Assembly: GCA_964199315.1 (NCBI GenBank)
Contig: OZ116704.1
Location: 11,842,001-11,906,000 of the forward strand
From: Orbicella franksi
Lineage: Eukaryota
Reading direction: 5' to 3'
DNA: 64,000 nucleotides
The position numbers were made by a program, and so were the translations under genes. The notes beneath the pieces were generated by a model. The model did not search any database, was not told the DNA's origin, and saw only the letters and a list, made by a program, of their open reading frames with translations. This document shows positions 1-12,000 of the stretch, one piece after another. Numbering within the stretch: the stretch's first letter is position 1; every line of letters starts with the position of its first letter.

Positions 1-237
1 GTTCGTTTTTCCAAGGTTTTGGAAAAAAATTTTGATGCAAATGGATAAATAAATTCCTGAAAAGTCTAAACGAAGGACATTTACGGTTTCTTGACTTTTA
101 AAAAAGTTGAAATTATTGAAAAAACCGATGCGCGCGCACATAACTTCAATTTTAATTGACAATTCAATCCGAACGATCTTTTTCAGTCACAAAGTTTAAT
201 AATACGTCAAGAAATAATTGGAAACGATTTCGATTTC

Positions 238-593
238 GATTTCTATGAGGTGATAGTTGATTCGGCCTTCGGCATCATCAACTATCACCTCATAGAAATC
301 TCGAACTCATAATCTAATTGTTAAATAGTTGGCGAGGGCGCAACCCGAGTCAACTATCACGCGATAGAAATCGAGAGCGAATAATCTAATTGTCTTAGTA
401 TAAATCTGCTAGTCGCCCAGAACTTTATCTAAATCGTCTTCACAGACACTTTGAAAACGCCAAGAGGCGGCCGTCATTTTGTTAACAAGGGCACACTGTT
501 ACGCTACTCACTATCTATCACAGAATAGACAGTGAGTAGCGTAGCCAATCAGAGTACAGCATTCGTGATAGAACACTAGTAGATTTATACTAA
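238..593. repeat. Foldback/MITE-like interspersed repeats
   Basis: Perfect 23-bp stem (238-260 with 278-300, 17-nt loop). A 19-bp terminal inverted repeat TTAGTATAAATCT(G/A)CTAGT at 395-413 and 575-593 has one mismatch. Confidence 0.6.
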
Positions 594-688
594 AACTCGA
601 CAGAAACACGGTACATGTTTTCTATTTCTTAAGTAGAAGATCGTGGGATATACCATCATTTTATCTACTGAAGGGCGTTGAAACTTAC

Positions 689-2914
689 TTGACGGATTTT
701 CTCCATTCGAGCAATCAATGTCGTCTGTAAAGAAATAAAAAGGAAACTATGCTTGAGCGCCAAATTTATCACAAACCCGAGGGAAAACAGCAGTGTACTA
801 ATGAATGACTAAATAACAGCAAGTTCCCAAACAAACTTGGTGGAAGATATTCAAGTAGATATGGACATAGGGCTTTTGTCTCGTGTGCTGTTTTTGCAGC
901 AGTAATCCGTGTGTACTTTAGATTCCGCTTGATCCTCTGGACTTGCTAAGAAAAACTCTAATTTTATACACGGTGTTGTCCAAGTCAGCCAGAATCCAGG
1001 GGATTAATTAAAAAATGCCCATACGCGTGGAGAGGTGTAAAGGCCATTAAATACATCTATAATTGCCTGCATTACCCTTACCACTGGAGAGTAAGGATGG
1101 CCCAGTGGTGAGAGCAGTCGCCACCCACCAATGTGTTCCTGGTTCGACACATGTGGGTTGAGTTTGTTGTTGGTTCTCGCCTTGCCCTGAGGGTTTTCGG
1201 GTTCTCCGGTTTTCCTCCATCCACAAAAACCAACATTGCCAAATTCGAATTCGATCAGGTCAGAGGACTCGCACGAAAACCAGCTCTATTAGGCTGATGT
1301 GGCTTCCTCTCTAAATATAATTTAGAAATGGTATGGTATTTATTTACCAGGGTCAGTTGGCTTGAATGCGATTTGTAGCTTGTCATTCACCGTGAAGACA
1401 GATGACACCATTTGGAGAAAAGCAAAATTTCCACTGCTAAAAAGTTTAAGCGAGCCACTTGCACAGGGGCCATACTTCCCAATCAGAGGACTTCTGGCTC
1501 CAGCACCATCACGGATTATTAAATAGTCATCGACCCCAGTTAGCTTCAGTTCCTTGATCGTGATTTCCAGTCGGAAATTTTCTGGTGCTTGTATTTTCCA
1601 CCTACAGGAAGTGTCGTGTGAGCCATCCGGGAATTCAGGTGTTGAGATTTCACCGGCCACCCGCGCGTCAATGACAATGTTTGTATTCGACGAAGAACAA
1701 ACTGGAACATAACCAAAAAGATGTGTTTCTAGATACATAGTAACCATTGTTTAATTGCGAACCCTTACAAAATCTCTCCAGGAAGCCCTTGGAGGGACCT
1801 GTTCAAGGATATGTAGCTGCATGATACTGCGAATTAATAAGAGGTTGCGCGAGAATAGTGTCCATTCTCGTCCCCAGTGCTACGCGTTTTTTGAAATGTC
1901 GTTGAAGGTTTCGCAGATCACGTGACCAAACCAAAACGAGGGTCTGGGAAAGAGAACGTGACCAGTGAGGGTCCAAAAACAATGTTATTCAAGTTAGCGA
2001 GTACATTAAAATAACTTGTTCTTCACAGTTGACTTATCTTTTGTCTTGACATGTTAGTATTGGCGAAGGTTAGCTCACTGAAAACTCCAGAACTGTCTTT
2101 GGCGCCATAAAGTGAATTATATCAGTAATTCCGGTACAATTTGCATGAGCATAATAAGTTTGACCCCTGTTGAGTGTTCTGCCTCAGGTCATAATTCAGT
2201 TGTTTGTGTTCACAGTGACTTTGTTTAGATGTGAATTAATTGAAGGATAAAAGACCTTTCCCAAACTTTTATCTATGAATGCATTGAATTGGTTTATGAC
2301 ATGTGGGTGGATTTAGATCAAAACACACGCCAACGAGATAAAACGAGTCGCCATTCAGAACAGATAAGCAAAAGTATCTCATGTGGTAGACAATTCTTAA
2401 CTGCCTCAAGGTTAATTCAGATAGATAGATTAGCCAGAATTAAGAATGCAAAGCGTGTTGACAGAATAACACTAACATGCTTTCAAAATTATTGTCTGTT
2501 TGAAAGTGTTTGTTCGGTTTTGGGTCTCAAGCATTTCCTCGTTTAAAAAATGAAAACTGCCGGGAATACCTGCCACTCTTTGGCATTTCCAATGTTGTTA
2601 GTCTGATGCGATAATGATTTGTGAAGTACATCTGCAAATTTTGAAAGAAGTTCGTCCTTTTGGCGTTTTTCAAAGCACCAAAAAGACAAATGTTGCTTTA
2701 TGTGTTTAAAGGTTAAAGATGTAAAGGAAATTGAAGGTCGACAATCTATGGCTAACTAACACTTCAGCTTGTACTATTAGCGTGAATAAATTTTCCCAAT
2801 ACACACAAGCGTATTTGGTATATCTTAAAATCCATACATACCTTCAATATTTGCTTCTGCTTGGGTTAAAAATGGCATAAAAAGAACACCGACGATGAGA
2901 AACTTTAGAAACAT
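689..2914 (-). CDS. Gene 1: 5' part of a CUB(-ZP) paralogue (signal peptide, CUB1, Cys micro-exon); continues beyond the left edge of the window
   Basis: Exons 2914-2842 (MFLKFLIVGVLFMPFLTQAEANIE, signal peptide, donor GTATGT), 1701-1348 (354 nt CUB: VCSSSNTNIVIDARVAGEISTPEFP...CRWKIQAP...DYLIIRDG...GPCASG, donor GTAAAT) and 724-689 (36 nt, DDIDCSNGENPS, donor GTAAGT). All junctions are phase 1 with AG/GT ends. The CUB exon has the same length as, and is clearly paralogous to, gene A exon 17407-17054. The ZP domain is inferred by paralogy only. Confidence 0.8.
1090..1322 (+). mobile_element. tRNA-derived SINE
   Basis: A-box-like TGGCCCAGTGG and B-box-like GGTTCGA, followed by a non-tRNA body (GTGGGTTGAGTTTGTTGTTGGTTCTCG...AAAACCAACATT) and an AT-rich tail. 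No complete cloverleaf. Confidence 0.65.
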
Positions 2915-3807
2915 TCTCTGCGCGGTCATTTCCCAGACACTCGTGACCAACTACGACACTCCGTTTGATGGCGATGTATCTTTCAGCTGATAACAGCATC
3001 CACAAACTCGCTCGCAAAAAACGTTCCGCCTGCGGTTCTGTTCGATCATAAACTCAAATGCCAAACGTTCTAGAATTTCCCAAGCATGGTTCGCCTGCGT
3101 CGAGTTTTCTTTGTCAAGAGACTCCGGGATCGCTGCGACTCAAATGGTCATCACAGAATGTTTTGAATAATAACACTACACATAAAGCAGGAACTTGAAA
3201 GTGTATCAAGCGGGAACTGGCAAATGCTATGTTAATCAAAAAGGTTTCCTGCATGTGTGATGCGCCCAAAACGTCACTGAATCAGAACGTAGGACAACAA
3301 AAGACCCCATTGCGTGTTGATTATTTGCTTTCTTTTGTGGTAAATGATATTTGATATTGTACATTCCGCTTTGATTATGTGTTTTACAGTGTATCTCCTA
3401 AACACAAGCAAAATATGATAATTATGCAGGTGGATTACATCCACCATTTTGCTCATTGAAAGAACAAACCGTGACTTCATTTAACGGAACACTGAGAATT
3501 AAAAGTTTCTTTATTTTCACTCTTCAAATAGCCTTGCTAATTAACGTATGTTTTGCTCACATCAGTAATCTTCTAATCCTGTAAGAACGATTTCCCCTAT
3601 TGAATTGAATAGCCACTCTTTACCTAATTGTTTGTTGCATTTTTGTGGCTTTGATCATGACTAAGTTTTGTCTGTTTGAAATTCAGCTGCACGTAAATAA
3701 AGAAAGAAGCTTTTAGTTTTCGTAATCAGTTGAAAATCATACCCAGATACATGGCCTTGTCCGTTTGTTCACAAAGGACAATGAATAAATGAAAAGAGTG
3801 TCAATTA

Positions 3808-6331
3808 CCCTAGTCAGCTGTTTTATTAAATTTTATAAAACTTTTGTGAAATGTTTGTGAAATTTTATAAAAATTTTACCCAGCGGTTGTATGGAGTATT
3901 TTTATAAAATTGTGTAAAATTTATAACGTTATCACATGTAAATTTTTTTAAAATTTTATAAAATTGGCCAAAAACCCCATTATAAAAAATAATTTTACAA
4001 AACTTTATAAAATTTTATAAGCCAGCCATGATTGTTCTGAAGTTTGCCATCCTTTTTTTTAGAAAAATTTCCCCTTTCACACAGCATTAAATTTCACTGC
4101 AACTGAGGAGTGGTAGTAATCCTAATCAACTTAAGTGTTTCCATTAAACAGTGGGGAAACAATATTTAAGTAAAGACAGAACTTCTCATTTTCTTTGATA
4201 TGTAATAATGTTTTAATAGTCACTTTGTTTCAACACCTACCGGCAGGGTAAAAAACAGGCTTTTAATAATCATAATTCACAATTACTTAAAAATAGGTCA
4301 CTGTCAATAAGCAGTACTACTATTTAATGGCCTGGTCACATCCGTATTATATTAGCCAAGTACTATAACCACTCTGTAATCTAGGAAAGCATGTATTAAG
4401 AACAGTTTCAGCCTCAAGTCAACAGCAAATAAGAATGTTCTGCCTGAACACAAAAATATACAATCTTCAGAAAAGAGAAGTTAGTGTAATAGATAAAGAT
4501 TACTGTGCCAGTCCAATAATCTGCGCCAGAGTGAAATCAGGTGTTTTAATTAGCCTGTGAGTCACTTGCGATGCTCCTGCAACTTTACTTTGGCAATTGA
4601 GACAATCTGTGTTTCCCTTAGGTCTTTAAATTTCTCTATTATGACAGCTACATGTAGGAGAGAAAATGAAAAAATTCATGTCAGTTAACAGTTATTGAAA
4701 CTTTATTATTTGAAGACAGGATTCAATGGTTTATGAAATAAGCTACTGTAAACGTTAAAGCTTTGCCTTAGGAGTTAAGGGCACTTAAAGACAGTATTGA
4801 TTGGGATTTATAAACTATTCAAATATTTTTGCTTACATATAATTCAAAGATATAAATAGATGCATGGTGACAAAAAGATAATGTCAACATACTTGTCAAT
4901 AAATGCCAACGTTCCTTGGGCAAGGATGGTCTCCCAGTTTTTTTTCCTCGTACAGAGCAGTTAGAAAGCTCACGACACGTGAAGAGCATGTCCACGAGCT
5001 CTCTTATGTTCTGTCCCCACTTTGACGTGCATCCTATGGTCTTGATGCAGTCCTCCTGTCAATCAATGTTGAAAAGGGCAACATTTACAAAACGTTTTCA
5101 TTTTAGTTACCAGTTAACTGCTGCTTGTCTTAACTGGCCATCAGAAAATCATACTATTTATTCACTGTCTGCTCAGCCTCTTGTCAACTTCAACACAAGT
5201 TTGTGTTTGGGCTAAAAGTCAGGGAGTGGTACTTTTGACTTTTGCAAAAATAACATTACAGTTTGGTGCTCAAATGTAATACCACTTTTAATTCATGTGC
5301 ATACTTCCGTGTAAATTATCCAATTTCGCTCGAGTAGTGTTTTATAGGAAACCAACTCAAAATGTCAAACAAACTGGTGGGGTGAGGGAATCACTGTACT
5401 GATAAATAACTGAATAACCCACATTTGGCATTCATGAAATTGTACAGAAACTAGATAAATTATCTATGATAAATAAATGTTTACAAAAAAAAATCTATGA
5501 TAAAATCTGGCAAATCATCCACATTGTCAAGTGCAAATGCTCAGTTTTAGACAAGTCAGTGCACTGTGAAAAATAGTCCAAGAAGTGGATCACAATCCAC
5601 ACACCACACACTGACAAAACAAAAAACAAAGGTAACATTTTTGTTTAATGCTTTCTTGCTTGCCATTTTCGACACCTGCCCAAATTTGCAGGTGTAAAGT
5701 GATTCCCATCACTTCTGTACTTGGAAAGGCAGCACTGTTGGAGGGATTCAAAGACAGATGTTTTGTAGCGAGTATTCCCAACAGATATGAAAAAGATTAA
5801 CCTGAATCCTAAACTGGCCAAAACCAGCTGTAAAGGGCCACCATGGTCCATGTAAAACTGGTGACGCCATCACTTTGTGAGCATGCCCAAAAGAAAATTA
5901 TAATTCTAGCCTTGAACTTGTAGGGAAAATTGCAAATGAAGGTTTTGATAGTTTGTCTGTAAAGAAAAATGAGACTAGACTAATTTTATGGTGTTGTGAT
6001 GTTTACAGTATAAGGGCCTGTGTAATAAAGGAAATTGTTTCAAGACCACATTTTTAGTGATAATTTTATTGATTCAAGTTTCCACTTCAAGTTTTACACC
6101 TGAAGTGGTAAAGATTTTTATGAAATGTTATTTGTAAGGTAAAAATTTTAAAAACATTTATTTAAATAAGTAAACATTTTATAAAACTGTACAAAATGCC
6201 GTTTTGGTTTTATAACCGTTTATAAATTTTTATCAAGCGGCCATGTTTGTAAAATTAATCTTGTAAAATTTTACACATTTTTATAAAATTTTGCATGTTT
6301 GTATAAAATTCTATAAAACAGCAGACTAGGG
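3808..6331 (+). mobile_element. Internally deleted class II transposon, EnSpm/CACTA-like, 2524 bp
   Basis: Terminal inverted repeats CCCTAGTC(A/T)GCTGTTTTAT... (about 30 bp, 3 mismatches), TA on both flanks (3806-3807, 6332-6333), and many subterminal AAATTTTATAAAA repeats. An internal exon-like remnant at 5692-5800 (CKVIPITSVLGKAALLEGFKDRCFVASIPNRYEKD*) resembles animal EnSpm transposase C-termini (recall). The element boundaries are secure; the superfamily is inference. Confidence 0.7.
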
Positions 6332-6837
6332 TAACCATTTCTCACTCCATTAACGGCTGAAACGACCTCGCCGACTCTAGCTACTAGCATCGATGCTAGC
6401 AAGACGGTAAAGATTTCAACTCTCACCGTTCCAATCTAAAGATTCCACACAAAAAAAGTTTCTCCGCCTCAATACAAAAGCGACTTCAGTCTGAATTTTT
6501 TCAAGGTCTGTCCTGCAACTCCTGAGCATTGCTCTAACCGTCATACATCCTTTATAAGTTGACTTAGCCTTTATTGGAAAAGGCAATAGATAATTCTTTT
6601 GTTTTTTGTTAAGCAGCCTTGCATCTCAAATATTAATCCGAGTGAAAACTGAACTTTAGCCTGAATAGCGTGAATATGCAAATTCACAAGGCGTATATGT
6701 ATTAATTTTCCATTCCTAAGTAGTTTATATTATTTTACAAACTTTAAAGCGACCTCAACTCTGGTGAATGATACTGTATTGATTTTCAAGGAGAAAATAT
6801 ACGATGATCTCTACTGGAACTGTACTTAGCAGTTTAA

Positions 6838-7200
6838 CCCTCGGACGTACGAGCTACCTCAAACCCCCACAGTGGTACAAAGGGGTAGTAGGGGTGGAGG
6901 GAGCCCGGCTCCCCTGGGTTTTCGTTCTGTTAAGGCACAGTTGGATAAATTTAAATTTCGTAGATAGCCCTGAGCATGTTCTACAAAATGACACCATTTT
7001 TGTATGTTATGACGTCATATGACGTAAAATGTCGTCATTTGATCCGCCATCTTCGATTTCACTATTTGTGAAAAAACGGAAATTAATAGAAAATCAAGCC
7101 AAAATGCTTATGGAAGGTAACTATACGAGTAATATGGTCAAGTGATATTGTCAGTAAGGTGCAGCTATTTTTAATTTAAAACTGTGTGTATCGAGACTCT
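6838..7200 (+). mobile_element. Truncated non-autonomous DNA element starting TTAA/CCC
   Basis: TTAA (6834-6837) followed by CCCTCGGACGTAC and internal GACGTCA and CCGCCATCTT motifs. No matching right end was found, so the end coordinate is approximate. Confidence 0.35.
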
Positions 7201-7566
7201 TGCCGAGATCGTGGGCCCGTTATAATTAACTCAAAGATAGATTAAGCGGATGAAATTGATCGAATGTAGGGATATTTGATCAATTTAATTATCCGCTAAA
7301 ACCTCGATTAACGTTTGCTAGAAAGCGGGGATCCCATGTTAAGCGGGGCGTTGGGGTGCTAAAGTTACCATTCTAAGACCGGCAAACAGACAAATTAGCG
7401 CTATAGTGACTTAAATAATAATTGTCATCATATCACTTTAAGTAACTTTAGTCCATGAAGAAATTTGAAAGATTTCATGCCAGATTAGCCTTAACTATCA
7501 GCACAGTGGGGGGAAAATGTTCCTTTATTATTGTTCCAATCGGTGCAGCCCTGAAAGAGATCTTAA

Positions 7567-8115
7567 CCCATTGACTCCTGGCGCTTTTCGACATAAACAC
7601 ATTTCTTGGGACATCTTGGAGATTTTTAGCCTGGATGTGAGCCAGGTTAGCTCCAATCTACTTAGAAAGGTATTTCCAACATGATAGCATGCCTTTCCTT
7701 CCACTAGCACCGCGTTTTACGACATTTCTGTTCGGGCATGCGCAGAAATCTACGTCTTTAGGCTTTTAAATTTTTTTCGCCTTTCCTTCTTCTCTTTTTC
7801 TCACTTTTTGCGGTGGTGATTGAACTTCTCCTGAGCTTGCTTCCAGTTCAAAAATTTCTGAGAAAGCATCATTGAGACGGGCAATTTTTACCAAGGAGTA
7901 GCTAAGTGCAGTCGTAGGAAATTTGGCTCTGAGTTTTTCACTCAAATTTCTGAGCATTTTCGTGCATATCTCAGGCTCCATTGAGCCGATCACTCTGATC
8001 TGCGTATCATTGGTCAGACCTTTTCCTTCTGCAGAACTTGAGTATATATGATGCCAATTTTGGTCTAAGGTGATCACGTCAGAAGTGGAACAAAGGCCAA
8101 CGCTCGTCACGGCAC
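7567..8115 (+). mobile_element. Non-autonomous piggyBac-like element, right end truncated
   Basis: TTAA (7563-7566) followed by CCCATTGACTCC. The body resembles a high-copy repeat I recall from coral genomes. The right terminal repeat is absent. Confidence 0.45.
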
Positions 8116-9086
8116 AGAAACCAATTATTATTCTAACACCCTAAGTGATACCAAAATCCTCAATTTAAACCCCTTCTACAATAACGTTTGCGGAGTATAC
8201 CGTTCCAGAATCCTTTAAGGATATTTGGAAATCATATTCAGAAGTTTGAAATATGAACGAAGTATTGCTACATTTACAGCTGTGACTCAAAGACTTGGTT
8301 TGTACGGATTTGTGATAGCTCTGATCACACAGCCTATATTGGGACAACTTTAAGGAAGGCCCAGATAAATAAACTAAATTAGCTAATAAGATGTTGCTTC
8401 CTTGAAGAAATTCAACACGTTTGTCAATTGTAAAATACGCCACGTTCTGTACTGTTCTTCTTCTTGTGGTTAATACTGTATAGTGCCCTGTTCTCCATTT
8501 CCATTCTGTCCTTACTAATCGCGATAAGTTGATGAAACTCTCTACTAGTGAAAGTTTAGTCTACTGCCCGAAAAAGATTTCTTCGCCAAAACGTACGCGT
8601 AGCTTTTCACACAGCCCAATCAATTTAGGCAGTCCATACCAAGCTGTATCATAACTTATCATTCTAGAGAGGTCTGAGCAAGAACAAAGATTGCAGATTC
8701 CTTTTCTTCCAAAGGAACAAGTCGACCAAGTTTAAAAAAACAACATCCTAGGTTACCTTTTAAAGACCTTCAAAGGTACTGAGATGTTTGTTATAGAGAT
8801 GAAAAATGAAAAAATGTTTGTGAATCAGTGAAAGTGACTTGAATGTAAATTTGCTAAGGTACTGAAAATCTGCTTCCACTATACAAGACCCAAATAAAAA
8901 TCTCTATACATCAACTAAAGATTAATTCTGTTTCTTAATGTATTTGTTTTTTTCTTGTTTTTTTGTTTTTTTTTTTTCCCTTGGAAAATGAAAACAATTC
9001 AATTTAAAAATTTAAGATACAGTGATCTTTCAGACCACAACGTCTTGTTCACGTCTCACTCGATGATCCAGCTCTATGAGCGAGAT

Positions 9087-12000
9087 CTAAGAATCATCTG
9101 AAATGATAAGGGTTTCTTCCTTTCTTGTGGATTTGCGGCTTTGGCTGATGATGATTACAGCAATGATGAGCCCGATGGCAACAGTCCCCAGCACTCCGAC
9201 CACCACTCCTACAATTATGACCATGCTGTCGGTGGACTCTGACCCAGAATCGTTGTGTTCCTTAGCTGTGGAGAGCAAAACGGACGTTTTATCAACTCGG
9301 ATCATAAGTTGACAAGTGAAGATAGTGCAAGTGCAGCCAACCCTCTGTTTTGAATCCAGTTAATCGTGGTCCGGCCAAAAATAAACATTTCACTGTGAAT
9401 AATAAGCCATCGCTCAACAGACAGAGGCTACATTTTGTAACCCCTATATCAAGACACAAGGTTTGTTTATAATGTTCGAATGCCTAGTATCAAAATAAGA
9501 CTTCCTTCTACCACCAAGGCTACAGATGACCAATTTCACACAAGCAGCGCGGGATATCCCCCTGCACAAGGAATTTGTAACCTCCCTTTTATGAGCTAGT
9601 TCAGGTCATAAATAGGGTATAGGGAAAATCGTAGATTGTGTTCTTAAATAGGATAAGGGTTTTTGCAAGCGGACCTCAAACCCTGCCCAATTTTTCTGGG
9701 AGTGCCCCCACCCCGTCCCCCGGTTTGTGACTAAGAGTAACAGCAAATAAATTAATTAGAGTATGGAAAAATTGAATTCGCAAATTACTTCATCAGATTC
9801 CAAGGCTTAGCAACCCCCTCCCAGGGACTCGACGAAATAATAACAACCAAACTATCCGATGCTTTAATTTTAAAATAAATTAAAACTGGTTCTCACCACG
9901 TTAGTATAGTTCGTCGCTCGCTGACTTCGCGCAACCCCAATAATACACTGGTATAATAGCTTATGACGAAACCATTTTTGATTTAAGTCGGACCAATTTT
10001 TATATATCAATATAAGCTTCATGAAATGAAGAAACTTTTTAGGTAAATTAGGCAGCTTTTTTAATGGTATGTTAAGCTTTAAGTGTCAACGTGTCATCGG
10101 GAAAAAAACTTACCATCCTCGTTGCCAGTCATGAACTTGGACTTTAAAGGTCCAACATACAAATCAGCACTCATATCTTCCTCGGTTGATCTCCTTCTCC
10201 TCCTGTTCTCGCCACATCCCCTGTCGCATCGTGATCCAGCGTCATCTGTGCGGCAAACCGTCAACTTGCAGTGGATGTACACATCATCTTGCCTTTCTTC
10301 GAAGCGAAAAGCGGCAAGATTGAAAAACTGCTCGGCTTTTTTTTCGTACTGGTATTCCAAGGTGTTATCCCGCGAGCAACTGGAGAATGGAACACAGCAA
10401 TATAAAAATTAAAATTATCCATCTCAAACAATGTATGGGGCATGGATAGGTCTATCATAGCCATGAAAAATGGTTTCACAGAAAGAAAAAGAAAAACACA
10501 AGGTTAAATTACCTATAATGGAGTAATAAGATGAAGTAACAGAAGAAATTGATGCGACCTTATATTTTGTGGGTTACCGCCTAGCAACATTCTTTCAACT
10601 TTACCCACAAACCCTGTGCATATGGAGTTTTTCTTCTCTATTTATCTTTTATCTCTTCGAAAACAAGAAGTCGATCCTGCACTTTGTAGCCTTTTTGTTC
10701 GAATAATGGACACCAAAGAAAGAATATTGCTAATCAGATTTACCTCTCGTGAAATTTCCTCTGCAGTTCTTATCAGTGTGTCAAGTGCGGCCGAAATTTA
10801 AGACGTATTGTATAAAACAATGATTTGGTCATACACCCCCCAGAGGTCATATATTTGTTTAATATGCTATCTATAGCAATAGTAACTTACGCGTCTTCAA
10901 TGATAAGATGGACGGGAGTGGAATCGAAGCTCGACGATGCTGTGGCTTTGCAGACATCCGGGAACACAACCAATTCCGAGTCACCAGACTCCACTCGGAA
11001 ACCAAAGTACATCCTCTGACCCAGACCAACCGCCTTTGGAAATTCAGTAAGGGTGACATTGTTGTTTTCATCCTCGTACATGTCCATGAAATAGGTAAAG
11101 TTCCCAAATCTGTCTGGAAAAGGAAGAAAAAGAATACTTTAAAACAATTACTTGCAGGTCTCCAAGAACAGATGGTATTCTTCAGATAACGTATTAAAAT
11201 GCTTTAGAGCGCACAATAGGTCTGCAGGTTATTCGCCAAGCATTTTCCATAAATTTAGTTCATCGTTCCAGATAGTTAAAAAATAGAATATTTCATTAAT
11301 ACAGGCTGACACCTTGACGGGATTCGAACCCATGACTTCCCAGATTCTGGTCGCCAGCGGGCGTTGGGTACTGAGCTACGAAGAGATTCATGTCGAACTA
11401 GGCTAGACCATTTACCAGGTTCACATGTGACAGTCCTCCTGCATACCGCTAGGATAGGTAATTTTGTCGAAAGTCGCGTTAAGTGTCGAAATAAAAAAAG
11501 AAGATTTAATGGTAAATCCAGACAATGTTTCTCGAGAGCATGGATTTGAAACTCTATTTACCAAGTTACCTGCGTCTGTAATGACAAGCGTAGACCTTGG
11601 ACTGTAAGACACTTTGGAGATTACAGCCTTCTTGTCGTACCCACACTTAAACGGTATAATTTCCGTGTGCACACGAGTAATTACTTCATCATCAGCCGGC
11701 TGACCCGCTTTAAGGTAAACCTTGTTCGTGTAAAAAATCTTCTCGCCATCGTCTTCTTGTTTAGTCATGCAGGCTTCAAGTCCAAAAGTGAACTTAATCA
11801 TGTTCTCGTCCTTATAGCTGGCAACACAAGCCTTGTCTTCAAGGTGAAGGACAGAGTCGTTGATGGCAAGGCCAGGGAAGTCTGAAATCTGTAAAGATAC
11901 CTCGATGTAGTCAGGTCGGCAATCGACTTGTATTTCTGTAAGTCAAACGAAAAAGACCACGGTTAAGGGAAGATAGAAATTGTAACCAACGAATAATCAT

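Noticed and set aside
10083-11885. Numerous 60-120-aa ORFs overlapping ZP exons on the opposite strand or in other frames (likewise at 23642-25247, 38890-39933, 44403-44891 and 53069-53260)
   Set aside because: Shadow ORFs of real coding exons with no independent protein features.
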